A stretch of 64,000 nt of DNA, from assembly GCA_951406725.2 (NCBI GenBank), contig OX597827.1, forward strand, positions 6,138,001 through 6,202,000. The letters run 5' to 3'. Positions 17,181 through 30,871 of this stretch are shown here, piece by piece (position 1 is the stretch's first letter; every line of letters begins with the position of its first letter). Below the pieces are notes generated by a model that ran no database searches, was not told where the DNA came from, and saw only the letters and a list, made by a program, of their open reading frames with translations. The stretch is from Octopus vulgaris (lineage: Eukaryota). A program made the translations under genes and the position numbers.

Positions 17181-17424
17181 TAACAAATAATTAAAACAAG
17201 TGCTATTAGAAATAGTTTGGCTGTACGGTAAGAAGTCTGCTTCCCAACCACACGGTTCTGGGATCAGTTTCACTAGAGACAACCTTGGGTAACTGTCTTC
17301 TACTTTAGGCTCTGGCTGGACAAAGCCTTGTGAATGGATTTGGTAGAGGGAAACTGAAAGAAGCCCATCATGTGTGTGCATATATATATATATACATATA
17401 TATATACACACACACATACATGTG

Positions 17425-17456
<32 letters not shown>

Positions 17457-18065
17457 CATCATCATCATCATCATCGTTTAACATCCGTTTTCTGTGCTAG
17501 CACGGGTTGGACGGTTCGACCGGGGTCTGGGAAGCCAGGGCTGCACCAGGCTCCAGTCTGATCTGGCAGTGTTTCTACAGCTGGATGCCCTTCCTAACGC
17601 CAACCACTCCGCGAGTGTAGTGGGTGCTTTTTACGTGCCACCTGCACAGGTGCCAGGGGGGGTCTGGCATCGGCCACAATCGGTTAGTGCTTTTAATGTG
17701 CCACCATATATATATATATATGTGTATGTATATAAATATATGTTTCTATATAGTAAAATAAAGATTCAGATAGAATCAGGTACTGAAAAGATCTGCACCA
17801 GGTAGGGTTGGATAAACCTGTGGTCCCAGCTTAAGTTTGGTAAGTATCAAATTGGACATTCCAGTTGTGTACACAGAGAAAACCTACCCTATGAGTATTT
17901 AGTGCCTAGGGGCTAGGCCAAAGCACACATCACATTAAATTGCCGGTATACTCTAGTGTGTCCAACAAGTTGTAAATGCCCTCAGTGTATTATAATCAAA
18001 TGAATAATAAAAGATGATGGATGATTGTCTAGTTATCCATTGTCTGTTATTATTCATCTGATAAT

Positions 18066-18161
<96 letters not shown>

Positions 18162-18269
18162 TCACAATAAGGGTGAAAAAAATTGAATATTAAATAATAA
18201 CTTCAATTTAAAACACCAAGTGGTCTAGCGTATAAAAAAAACTGGGATACAGTAAAAATTATTAATACG

Positions 18270-18364
18270 AATAATAAGAGAGAGTCCACCATGTGGTCCA
18301 CCATTCCTTTGCAGATCTATTTCTAGCATTAGAGTGACCACATGGTGGACTCTCTCTTATTATT
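18270..18364. repeat. Inverted repeat with arms of about 29 bp next to (TA)n
   Basis: AATAATAAGAGAGAGTCCACCATGTGGTC pairs with GACCACATGGTGGACTCTCTCTTATTATT. Confidence 0.8.
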
Positions 18365-18415
<51 letters not shown>

Positions 18416-19029
18416 ATGTATGTGTGTCTTGTTGTATATGTTTGCCCCCTACCACCACTTAACAACTGGTATTAGTTTGTTTGCATCCCTATTTGTTTGT
18501 AACCTATCAGTTTAGCAGTAAATGAGGAAAGACATGCACAGGCATGACTGTGTGGTGAAGACGCTTGCTTCAAAGCCACATGGTTTTGTATTCAGCCTCA
18601 CTACACATGTGCAGCACCTTGGGCAAGTGTCTTCCACTCTTCTACTATAAGTCCAGGCTAGTCATTGTATTGTGAGTGGATTTGGTTGATAGAAACTGTG
18701 ATGACGCCTGTTTCATACACTCACACACACACATACAAGATGGCCTGAAATTAAAGCAACCAAAGTTTTGAGTTTTAATAGCTATCAATAAATGTGATCA
18801 TCATCATCATCATCATCATCATCATCGTTTAACGTTCGTTCTCCATGCTAGCATGGGTTGGACAGCTCGACCGGGGATCTGGGAAGCCAGAAGGCTGCAC
18901 CAGGCTCCAGTCTTATCTGGCAATTTTTCTACAGCTGGATGCCCTTCCTAACGCCAACCACTCCGTGAGTGTACTCGGTGCTTTTTACGTGCCACCCGCA
19001 GAGGTGCCAGGCGAGGTGATAAGATATGA

Positions 19030-20290
19030 AAATTATACATTATTGTAAAAGCTTAGTGTGTCTTCTTTTTGTGTCTTCTTTTTCTTTCAGACTAAACAAA
19101 TTCAGATTTATAAATTAGATAATGGCTGTAGACTGAAATGCAGTCATAATCCTCCACAAAGAGGTGAAAGTAATACAGCTATAGTAAAAAGGCTTAAAAT
19201 TAACAGAACAGCAATCTGGAGAAGTGTCAATACATTTAAAGAGACTGATTTCATGGCTTATAGACCTGGACGTGACTGAAATAGAAGTGCTACACTTTGA
19301 TCTTAGCCAAAAGGCCGAAGTGTGAAGACCCCTCAGCTTATCAAAAGTACAAGAAAAAAGATATGGCAAACTCCTCATTGTTCCATCAGAAGACTGGCTG
19401 CCACAGCAAAAATAAGCCAGACATTGATGTGTCTATTGCTGAAGGAGGATCTCAGGATGCACCCCTACACGATTATTTGCTGTTATGAGCTCATGCAAGT
19501 TTATAAAGCCATGAGATTGGAGAGAAGTCGTCTTATCTTGTGTTAGATTGCTGAAGGCACACTGCCCAACCTTGTGTCCACTGATAAACAGAAATCTGAC
19601 ATTAAACAAATAGTAAACCACCAGAGTGACCAACTTTGGAGTGTATCTGGCTCTGCTCTATCAAGGGTAGACTCATAAATCAACATCAAAATCCACAGTC
19701 AGTTATGGTTTGGGTGGCTGTGACAGCCACTGGAAGGTCTCCCCTTGTTTTTGTGTCCTCAAGTGTTAAAATTAACACCCAGTGATACATTAGTGACATT
19801 CTGGAAGCTGGACTGCTTCCATGGGTGAATGAGCACTTTCAAAATGCGCCTTGGGGCCTCCAACAGGAGTCGGTAACATCCCACAGCTCCAAACAGATAC
19901 AACACAGGATTCAGAAAAACAGTCCATCGTTCATAGGCAAGTATGAATGGCACTCAAGAAGCCTCGATCTCAATCCATTGGATTTTCTGTTTGGCCTGTT
20001 TTGGAGACTATCTGCTCAAGCACTCCTTATATTTCACTAGATGCTCCGATGGCAAAACTGCACCAGGAATGGGCTTTGATTTCACAAGAACAGCTGCATG
20101 TTGCATGCAGAGCATTCTCACCTACACTTAAGGGTGTGATTCGAAACAGAGGTGGTCATATCGAATAAATGTGATTGTGTCATAATTGTGCTTCCTTTAC
20201 AACATTGCAGCATTTGGACCCAAAATATAACAACATTTTTTTGGGCAAAATTGGAAAAAGTTGATTGCCCTAATTTTGGAACACTCTGTA
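19030..20290 (+). mobile_element. Decayed Tc1/mariner-superfamily transposon
   Basis: Fragments including VMVWVAV...GRSPLVFV, QQES..SH and EWHSRSLDLNPLDF..W (WPxxSPDLNPxD motif), and RGGHIE at the C-terminus. Confidence 0.8.
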
Positions 20291-20316
20291 TAAATGTATA
20301 TATATATATATATATC

Positions 20317-20348
<32 letters not shown>

Positions 20349-20381
20349 TATATATATAGATATACAGGGTGCCCAAAATTA

Positions 20382-20427
<46 letters not shown>

Positions 20428-21044
20428 TACATATGTGGGAAATTCTGTCTGTAGGTGTATTTATGGAGTTGTTAGCTAACTCCTCCTACATCGTTTAATC
20501 GATTTTGATGAAGCTTGACATGTGAAACCTCATGGCATACTCAAATTGTTGTAAAAATAGATAATAGGGCCCCTGGAAGGGATTCTTATAAATATATGAT
20601 GTATTTTATTTTAAAAACCAAGGGAAATAACCCATTTATTTTCCTAAATTATTTGGTAAAAATTAAATTGAGTATACTTATTTCTTAGTATTTTAACTGT
20701 TAGAGTTATTTTCACAATTTATCCAGTACAGTCCTTAAACAAGTAAATAGTATTTTCCTAAACAACAGATCCACTTTTTCAGTTAGTGATTTATTCATGA
20801 ATATACCAATACTAGCGCCCCTGAGGGTAATATTCCCTGGAACACACAAAAGCCTTTTTCAGAGTTATTTACTTTGCATTGCTATTATCTCATATATGAT
20901 TAATCTGTTATTATGTAGCATGCTTCACGATTTTAGTATACATACCTTATTAGCATTTCCTCCTATGTTCTCTATACCATTGGAATGCATTAAAGCCCTT
21001 TTCAGGGCTACTTTATATGAATTCTTACTAGCACACGCCCAAGT

Positions 21045-21470
21045 ATGCTCAACAACACAGTATGCTCAACATCAGTAAGAAAATGTGGAAGACCTAACTG
21101 TGGTTTATACGTCAACCTAATTGAGGGATCGGAGTTCGCTTTCAAACAGGGTCAACATTTAACAATGGAAGACAACTTCACACGTACTTTGGAGAACCTA
21201 ATATATATATTTACTTACTCTGGGTGTTGAGAGCAATATATAGGCTAAACCAAAAACAGTCTACATCAAAGGATGGCTTACATAGATCCTGGATCAAAAT
21301 TTGGGAATGCAGAAAAATAGCATTCAGAAAACACATTGACATTTGCGTCACCAACAAACAACCCAGCTTCAGAATTCTTCCCCTCTATAAATTCAAGAAT
21401 GCAGCCTGTAGTCAACACATTAGCAAATAGTTATATTTTATCACAAAATATAAACCCCTTTTGAATGCAT
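21045..21470 (+). pseudogene. Decayed Penelope-like retroelement, GIY-YIG endonuclease region
   Basis: Translation across stops and frameshifts gives CGRPNCG...IEGSEFAFKQG...ENLIYIFTYSGC*EQYIG*T...FRILPLYK...YFITKYKPLLN. This matches the Cys-rich linker, LIY...YIG and FI.KxKP.LN pattern of Penelope endonucleases. Confidence 0.7.
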
Positions 21471-21702
21471 TCACCACAAATGACACTATTACAAGGGCCT
21501 TAGAATAATACCCACACAAATATTAAAAACGATATATTCAGAACAGTCACTACCCACGAATTTATTCAGAACAATTCCAATCACTACTATTACAACCACA
21601 ACAGGTTTGGCCATTTGAGAGGATTCCACCAAAATCCTACTACTGTCATACCACTCCTGCATTCTTCTTCTTCTTCTTCTTCTTCTTCTTCTTCTTCTTC
21701 TT

Positions 21703-21764
<62 letters not shown>

Positions 21765-22158
21765 TCTTCTTCTTCTACTTCTTCTTCTTCTTCCTCTTCT
21801 TCTTCACCCCTTCTTCAGTTACTACTGTTGCTTAAACAATCAAAACCAAGAACTCATATCAAATATTAGGACTGCTACTGCCTGCTACCTCCTACCAAGC
21901 CCTGACAAGAGTAAAAATGTGAGACAGAGACTGACCTGAAAAAAGGAAAATGTCCCTTGCATTTGAAACCTTTGGAAATATTTTTAAAAAACATTTAATT
22001 TAATTTTTCCACAATTTTATGTTTTTCATGTTTTACTCGAAGTTGAAAAAGTCGCAAAGACTGAAACTGGTACTAAAATGTTTTTCATGATAAAATTATT
22101 CAAGCATTTTGTACCTTGTCTTATTTTGTGTGTTTTTTCAACCTTCTACACACACAGA

Positions 22159-22301
<143 letters not shown>

Positions 22302-22667
22302 GCAGATTGATGGATAGATAGATAGAGAGATAGATAGATAGACAAATAGAGAGATAGACAACTATTTGTAGGATCCAATAATACCAAAGTATTTTAATAA
22401 TAATAGGGGCACCAAAGTAGATCCAAGGACAACATACCCATGTATCAACAATGTGTATGTACACTCATGTACTATAAACCAAATACACTCAATGTATATG
22501 TAATATTACTCAACAGTATACACTGGCATGCGGGCCATGTAAGCTCAGGATCTAATGCTGGGAAGGTTCTGAGGGTAGTGTAGTAGAAATCCTAACACAG
22601 ATGGGCTGAGGTTCACTACAGCTGTTTCAGATGTATTTTTTATTGATGAACAAATCAATTACATCAT

Positions 22668-22979
22668 TTCATTTCATTTCATTTGAGTTTGAGTCCATGC
22701 TCAGGCCAAGTCGAAGACTCCACCCTCAGAGTCTGGTGTGGTTGCCAGGTTGTATTCTCTGTTTAATTTTGACATGTGTAGGAGCGAGTTTGAGTCAGTT
22801 TGTGCTCGTTGTGTATATCCTGGGAGATGGGGTTCATCTCTAATGGTGCTTAAGTATCTATCCAGCTGCAATTTGAATGATTCCACACTGCATCCTGATA
22901 GATTTCTGACATGTACCGGAATGGAGTTGAATAGTTGTGCTCCTCGAACCAACAGACTTGATTCTCGCAGACTTGATTT
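22668..22979 (-). mobile_element. 5'-truncated LINE (CR1/L2-like ORF2 C-terminus) with a (GAAAT)n tail and 9-bp target site duplication
   Basis: ORF fragment VRGAQLFNSIP..VRN...FKLQLDRYLSTIRDEPHLPGY...SNSL. TTACATCAT is duplicated at 22659-22667 and 22980-22988. Confidence 0.75.
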
Positions 22980-23161
22980 TTACATCATGTAAAAAAAAAA
23001 AAATTTCTTCAGAGGAATTAAAAGTAAAAATATAATTTAACATTTAGAATTTTTCAGAGCAAGAGTATAGAATGTATACTGACTCTTTCATCCCAATGCC
23101 AGTTCATTCTATATTCTCTGTGGGAAAAATCATAAATGCTAAATTTAATTTTAATTTCAGC

Positions 23162-23243
23162 TCACCTGAAGAAAAGGATTTTCTTTGCATGATGTAATTA
23201 ATTTGGTCATCAATACGAAACATGTCTGAAACAGCTGTAGTGA
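23162..23243 (+). ncRNA. Type I hammerhead ribozyme motif with decayed stem II (inverted partner at 22612-23016)
   Basis: Stem I TCAC/GTGA. CTGAAGA at 23166-23172. GAAAC-AGCT-GTA at 23228-23239 with palindromic ACAGCTGT. Confidence 0.6.
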
Positions 23244-23350
23244 ACCTCAGCCCATATGTGCTACTATATATATATATATATATATATATTTATTTATTTT
23301 ATAGAAGGAGCTTCTATAGACTAGAACTGTTTCATTCAAATGAAATCTTC

Positions 23351-23393
23351 CTGAAGATTTCATTTGAATGAAACAGTTCTAGTCCTGTAGAAG
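23351..23393 (+). ncRNA. Hammerhead-like core missing the 5' strand of stem I, at the centre of a 120-bp palindrome
   Basis: CTGAAGA-TTTCATTTGAAT-GAAAC-AGTTCTA-GTC. The sequence 5' of the core is an inverted copy of the downstream part. Confidence 0.5.
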
Positions 23394-24553
23394 CTCCTTC
23401 TATAAAATAAATTAATTTACTCTGCTATGTATTGAGTACCTTATTTACTGTGGTTAACCCCGACTCAACCCGGAACCTACATGTATATATATATATATAT
23501 ATACACATACACATATATATATACATATATATACATGAATGTGTATGTGTGTTTGTGGCAGTGTTTGTAGCCCCTATCATGTGACAAATGGTGTTGGTTT
23601 GTTTACATCCCTGTACCTTAGCAGTTCAGAAAAAGAAACATGGCTATAGTCCAGTATGGCTGCAGTCTAATGAGTGAAACAAATAAAAGATAAAAGATAT
23701 AGTTATAAGTATGAAAATTATCCTTTTTAAGTTTTAAGGATTTGACAGAAAAACTTAGCATTTTGAGGAACATTTGATATAGCCATGGGCAAACTGCTGC
23801 TTGTAGGACTTTCTGGATTTCACAACAAACGAAATATTACCTCAAATCCCTCTTCAGTAGAGCAGCCTCCTTGATGATGAGCTGGTTCCATGTGGCCCAC
23901 TTCTTAATAAAGGTTGACCATACCTGATAAAATTCTTATCTTCAATAATCAACTTATGTTCAAGTTTTGGTTATTGTTGTTGTTGTTGGCGTTATTATTC
24001 TTTTTTATTTAACCTCTGGTCAACCTTGTTCAAGAAGGTCTGTGATCAAAGGTAATTTAGGTCCAAGAGTACCACATTTCAATAGGTGTGTCTTGGATTG
24101 TAATTTCTAGCATGTTATATGAAAACGGTAAGTACTATAAGTAAGATTTCAAGGAAGATTTGACTGCTGCTTCAAGCACATCAAGCAAAACATAATTTTT
24201 GGACTTTAAGTTATGTGGACCTGGTATGCTATAAAAATAGCAAAAATAAAAATAAAATGCTAAGACAAATAATTTAATTTTGAGATTTTTGAGGTGCTTG
24301 TTAGGTTGCCTCGCATGGATTATATAGATTATAGACTAAGGTTATAGAGAGGAACGGTAATGAAAGTAATATGTTTATTATTAGAAGAAGACAAAAAACA
24401 TTATTCCTAAGAATGTAAGTAAATCGGCAGGATATCTTCACTCTAATATAAAGATAACGAAGGTGATATTCAGTGAGTAATACGCTACTCACTGTACACT
24501 AATTACTGTATTCAAAACAGAGCAGTATATCATGCTAGGATAACAAATAATAA

Positions 24554-24584
<31 letters not shown>

Positions 24585-24896
24585 TGTGGTGGTGGTGGTG
24601 GTGATGATGATGATGACGGTGAAGATAATGATATTATCAACACATGACTTAGTGTATAATCAGGGTTTAACAAACGCAAGAAATTACTCAGATCTGTAAT
24701 GTAAGGCTTAGTATATATCCAAGAATGTGAAACAGAAGATGTGACTTGAATCCTATCTGACAGTTAGCTACACTTTCTTTTCTCTCACTTTCCTTTTTCT
24801 TTTTAGCCTGTTCCATTTCAGTACATACATGCACACACACACACACACACACTCACACATACATACATACATACATTTACACATATACATTCATAT

Positions 24897-24944
<48 letters not shown>

Positions 24945-24987
24945 TTATACATACATACATATACACATATACATTCATATAGGTATA

Positions 24988-25037
<50 letters not shown>

Positions 25038-25054
25038 CATATACATATATATAC

Positions 25055-25131
<77 letters not shown>

Positions 25132-26271
25132 TATATCTATTTTTGACATTGTATTATATAAATAGATAAAGGCATTCAACCTATTAATATGAAAATTTAG
25201 ATGCTCTTCCTTTTTGTTCCCTTTTTTCCCCTTTTTTTTTTTTGCTTATTTTCTTGAATTTTGTTTGATATTCTTGTAACTTTTGCCAAATTGGAAATCG
25301 TTCACAATTTTATTCTGACACATAAAGGATAACATTAAAGTTATTGACACTCTTTTTATGTGTTTCATATATATATATTTTCTTTTATTAAAAGAATGTA
25401 TGATTTTTCTCAGATTAGGGGTTACAGAGATAACACAAACGGAAATTTGATTATAAAAGAACAATTAGTCATTATTGGTTTAATTAACAAAAGACAATTA
25501 TCAGTTATCAATTTTAATTTCTCTCTATTGAAGATAATGTCCACATGTAAAATATAGATTGTTTAAAATATTTCTGTAAAGGTGACAGAGAATGAGTGAT
25601 AAATGAGATCTTACAAGACATCACATGACAAGAATATTTTTGTTGCGTGTTTTTGAACAATCTTTTTTTTGTTTCTTTTCTTTTCTTTTCTTTTCTCTTT
25701 TTTATTGAGGATTTTTGGGGTTTTGTTGTAAAATAAATGAAGGTGTCAAAAAAGTTTTCACAAACTCTGAAAGCTACATACATATCTTCATCAACTTCAC
25801 ATAGACTTGTAATGTTCCTGTGTGTCACAGAAGAATTGTTTTTTTTTTTTTGTTATTTTTAGCTAAATAAGCATTCTAAAGAGGCTAGAATTATACAACC
25901 TGAGTATGGATAGTTTATTGCCTCTGTTAAATAGAATATTACACCCAAGTGGAGGTAGTATATTGAAAAATGAGAGTACCATATTCTATTGAACTAGGAG
26001 CCAGGTATATTACACAGATGAAAACTAGAGTATTTTACTTTGATAGTATCCAGGTAGAGGCTCAATGTGGTTGTGTATGTAGGAGCCCTGGTGTATTGTT
26101 TTGTCTGTGGCCTGTAATGCTGTTCAGGGTAACCCTGGTGGTGTCAAGTATTAGTCAACAGTGGCCAAAGAGTATTTTAATCCAGGAAGAAAATAACAAA
26201 TTATTCAAATTAATTAATTAAACCAATTCTAGCAATTTTTGTATTGGAAATGTATTCTATTTAATTAAATT

Positions 26272-26600
26272 CTATTTTAAAGGAACTTTAGCATATTTCT
26301 CAGAAGATGGTACTTTTAAAGAGTTCCATGGATATGGTAATGCTGGTAATGGCTTTGAATAAGACGTAAAACTATTCCTCATGGGCAAATTCCAAGATTG
26401 TGAAGCAGTCTTTGGGTCTGTATTATTTACTCTATATGATTTCAGGTCAATGACATCATTGTGTGAAGATGGATTCTGAATAGCTTCAGTTTGGTTCGAT
26501 AGTTTTGCATGAGAAATGGTGTCTTTATATCTACTAATTGCCAATGGTAGAGACAGTTTGGCTGAGCTTTGGAATTCCACAGGCAAGCAGGATTTTATAC
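26272..26600 (-). CDS. Protocadherin terminal coding exon (G-IKSCLPVEFQ...WNLPMRNSFTSYSKPLPALP...KVPLK*)
   Basis: Acceptor TTGTTGTTTTGATTTCATCTTAG with a phase 1 entry that matches exon 2. Non-repetitive open frame to TAG at 26272. The WNLPMRNSF...KPLP motif resembles, from memory, the C-termini of octopus protocadherins. Confidence 0.85.
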
Positions 26601-26850
26601 CTAAGATGAAATCAAAACAACAATTATATATATTATATATTTATGTTCATTGTTTAAATAGAATAACAAAAGTAGGTTTACTGTATAAAATTATATAATA
26701 AAATTGTGACTTAAACACACCAATATTGAACATTCATTATTGTAGACATATAGGAATGCATAATAAGAGGACTTTGAGGCAGCGGCTAGCAACAAAACAT
26801 GGTATGCAAAAGTAATTATCAACTTGGACACACACGTGCACACACACACT

Positions 26851-26882
<32 letters not shown>

Positions 26883-26962
26883 TACACACATGAACTGATA
26901 ATTGCTGTTGAATGACAGAAAGTGGAAGATTTATTAACAGAAGTTAACAACATTGCACACAT

Positions 26963-27783
26963 GTGGTCTGATCAATAAGTATCCGGACTGTTGCTATAGT
27001 AACGAAGCTAAATCATGCAGAGTGAAGCCGCTTGACACAGATTGACCTTGAACTCTGCTGTGCATGAGTACTAAGTTTTAACATTCTAGCTTACTTCAAC
27101 TGTTTACATCAGTGCTTGGAAGTAACATGGTTGCAGGTAACCTGCTCAGAGGACTACGCAAAGTTTTCAAAAAGTTTTCATCGTTCTCGACAAAACCAAA
27201 GAGATCCTGTGCAACTGAAACTCGAGTGTCTTTTTGGTCCGCTGAAAGAAGTTTTGGCATAAATTTGGCAGACACGCGTCTCATACACAAATCTTCAGTG
27301 ATAATGGACTGAACTGAACTGTAACTAATCTCCACATCCTCTGATAACTCATGGATGGTGATTCGATGATTTCCCCTCACAGCTGCACACACATTTGCGA
27401 GGTTTTGCTCAGTATTGCTGGTTGCAGGCCTCCCAGAACGATCGTCACTATCGACATTTTCTCAGCAATCTTTGAAACGTCTGAGCCATTCAAACACTTA
27501 TGTGTAGCTCAAACACTCCTCTCCATACACTTTCTGCAACTTTGCATAGGCCTCTCAGCAGGTATCACCATGACAACTTTCTCTGTCATGGTCAATGCGA
27601 TGATCACACACTACACACCTTCCTTCATGGTACTGCTGTAAACAGCAGAAGTGAGCTAGAATGTTAAAATTTAGTGCACATGCACAACAGATGTCAAGGT
27701 CAATTGGTGCAAAGGGACTTCACTCTGCATTCTTTAGCTTTGTTACTATGGCAACAGTCCTGATACTTATTTATCAGACCTTG
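26963..27783 (-). mobile_element. Non-autonomous mariner with both TIRs, in the last protocadherin intron
   Basis: About 45-bp TIRs, GGTCTGATCAATAAGTATCCGGAC... and ...GTCCTGATACTTATTTATCAGACC. ORF remnant RITIHELSEDVEISYSSVQSIITEDLCMRRVSAKFMPKLL (WVP-region homologue). Confidence 0.85.
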
Positions 27784-28244
27784 TATTTATGTGTGAGTGT
27801 ATGTGCATATATGCCTTCATATATATGCATATACAACACAATATATATATATATATGTAAATATATTCTTTTATTCTTTCACAAGTTTCAGTCATTTGAC
27901 TACGGCCATGCTGGAGCACCACCTTAATTGGATTTTTTAGTCAAAGAAATCGACCCCAGGAATTATTCTTTGTGATCCTAGTACTTATTCTATTGGTCAC
28001 TTTTTACAACACCACTAAGTTATAAGGACATAAACACACCAACAGTGGCTGTCAAGTGATAGTGGGGGAACAAACATAGACACAAAGATACTCTCACATA
28101 AATATAAACATACATACATATATGCATTAAGATAAGCCTGAGGAGATGAATAATGTGGAACAATGCATCAATCTTATCAAGGAGGATATAAACAACAGTG
28201 TGCATCAATAAATCATTAAAATGACATATTGATGCACACAGTTC

Positions 28245-28350
28245 TTTATATCCTCCCTGATGAGATTGATGCATTGTTTCACATTATTCATCTTCTTGGA
28301 TTTATTTTAATGCATCTATCGAAACATATGTCGGTGGTATGGTGATATAA
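28245..28350 (+). ncRNA. Type I hammerhead ribozyme motif, canonical core
   Basis: CTGATGA at 28257-28263. Stem II GATTGATGCATTG/TAATGCATCTATC, closed by G-C. GAAAC at 28321-28325, palindromic minimal stem III (ACATATGT), GTC triplet at 28330-28332. Stem I is CC/GG plus TTATATC/GATATAA. Confidence 0.8.
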
Positions 28351-28481
28351 ACAATTTAAATAACATCTTGAGTGTTTGTCTCTATTTTCCATTATTCTTA
28401 TGTTCTCCAAAACACATCTTGCTTCTCCCAAGAATTAACTCCCATGCAAGCTTGATCACCAATTCCTAGGACATTTATGTA

Positions 28482-28529
<48 letters not shown>

Positions 28530-28686
28530 CAATAATAAATCTCTGAGTGAGGCAAATACTGATTGGGCACAGAAAGTGTGTCAATAGCCAGCTGGAAGAG
28601 GTGTCCTCCTGGGGCTACAAGCTACAGTAGCATCCACCCTTAAGGGTTAGCCACATTTAAGTGGCAAATATGCTTCATGATATATA

Positions 28687-28760
<74 letters not shown>

Positions 28761-28997
28761 CATATACATATATGTAGATAAAAAAGAGGGAGATAGAAAC
28801 GAATATTCCCTTGCAGGTTGAAAAATAGGTGCTTTAATGAAACATCTATAACTCACCTTTATATGATAAACCCTGTCAGTGGGCAAGACGAACAGAATAA
28901 TTTTTTAAAAATTACTGTGATTTAATAGTTTCAGGTTTAACTTACAAATTAAATAAATTAATTTTGAAAGAATTAATTTAATTTATATTTATGTGTG

Positions 28998-29050
<53 letters not shown>

Positions 29051-29057
29051 TTCTATA

Positions 29058-29088
<31 letters not shown>

Positions 29089-29103
29089 ATGTGTATATAT
29101 ATA

Positions 29104-29148
<45 letters not shown>

Positions 29149-29257
29149 TTATGTAAGTATGTCTTTGTTTCTACATTTGTTCCTCCAATTTCAATTGACA
29201 ACCAATGGTGATGTGTTTATGTCCATTATTCTTATATACCTATATACATACATATAT

Positions 29258-29306
<49 letters not shown>

Positions 29307-29911
29307 CATATATATATATTATACATACACACAAACATGAACACACACACACACACACACACATGTATACTGGTGTTGGTATTTCTCCTGTCATTAAAAT
29401 GTCCATATACTTTGTGTCTCCTAAGCCATGTGGAATAAGAGATCTCTTACTTGGAAAACAGGTAAGGATTAATGTCAGGAATGTCACCTAGCTGTAAAAC
29501 AATGCATTGAAGACATATTTGTCTAACACCTATGCTACCATATAAAAAAAAGGACACAAAAAAACCCAACAAATATATGTGTTGTTGTATGTTTGTGTTT
29601 CTGGGAATAATAGATCTGAAAGCACTCCTACGCATGTAAATATTACGGCTGGAAAACCTCTTTGGACAGAAAAAAGTAAAAGGCTGTCTGTAGGACTTGA
29701 AACCACCACTTTGTCATGTCTATTAAGCAACCATCAGGATTTTCTATCCAAAAGGAATTTTTAGCCCCAAATTTCCATGGTATTATTCATAATTTTCTGT
29801 GCTTCAAGACCCTCTATTCCAAAAGCAAATTATTTTACATTCTCTGAAATGTCTCTAAAATTCTTTCAGCATCAATAACATAATGTATGCCAAATAAATA
29901 CAGGCACTGTC

Positions 29912-30174
29912 TATTCCTTCTTCACTTGTTTATTACTGTTCTTATTCTAACTCATGTCCATTGTCTGGAAATCTTTCGCCAGACATCTGTGACCTCTTCA
30001 GCAAAACATTTCACCTTCGTTTGTGCTCTTGCTCTGCTTATGGAAATAGCAGAACAAGAGCACAAATGAAGGTGGAAAGTGTTGCTGAAGAGGTCACAGA
30101 TGTCTGGCGAAAGATTCCCAGACAATGGACATGAGTTAGAATAAGAACAGTAATAAACAAGTGAAGAACGAATA
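29912..30174. repeat. Inverted repeat with arms of about 125 bp, carrying a degenerate hammerhead
   Basis: Arms about 29912-30038 and 30050-30174. The right arm has GTGTTG-CTGAAGA ... CGAATATATGG-CAACAC. Confidence 0.8.
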
Positions 30175-30656
30175 TATGGCAACACAAAAAATGACCATCC
30201 CGAAATACAACAATATCTGTTTCAACACATGGTTTCACATCAAGAATCTTGCAACACAAATTCATATATATATATAGGGTGCAAGGGGTATTTGAGGACA
30301 GTTTTGGTATACAATAAAACAACAATATTTCAGCATAAATAAGTATGTATTTTGAATAAACATTTGTACACTTAATCTTGGTAAGGACTTTTTAAGCAAA
30401 TTATTCTATGAAACCACCTTTGGCTTTGATGACTGCTTCAATGCAGGACCGAAGCCACTGGCATGCTGGCACTATATGGTCCTTATTCATTTCGGACATC
30501 ACCTGGACAATTTCAGCCTTCAGTGAAACTCAGGTATTATGAGAATGACAATTAGTCTGCCTTTCAACATTACATGAATTTAAATGCAGAGTCATCCTCA
30601 GCTGCATAAATAAATAGAATTTTAACAAGTTGGACAGATTAAAATTCTATTTATTT

Positions 30657-30744
30657 GTGCAGCTGATGATAGCTCTGCATTTAAATTCATGTAATGATTG
30701 CATTGTTCAATTAAATGGAGCTGCTTGAAACGGTCGTACTGCAT
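30657..30744 (+). ncRNA. Type I hammerhead ribozyme motif, base of stem II degenerate
   Basis: Stem I GTGCAG/CTGCAT. CTGATGA at 30663-30669. Stem II TAGCTC..CATTTAA/TTAAATG.GAGCTG. GAAAC-GGTC-GTA at 30727-30738. Confidence 0.7.
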
Positions 30745-30801
30745 CACTTCTTGATATCCTGTTGCTTATTTTGATTATACACACACACACATATATATAT
30801 G

Positions 30802-30871
<70 letters not shown>

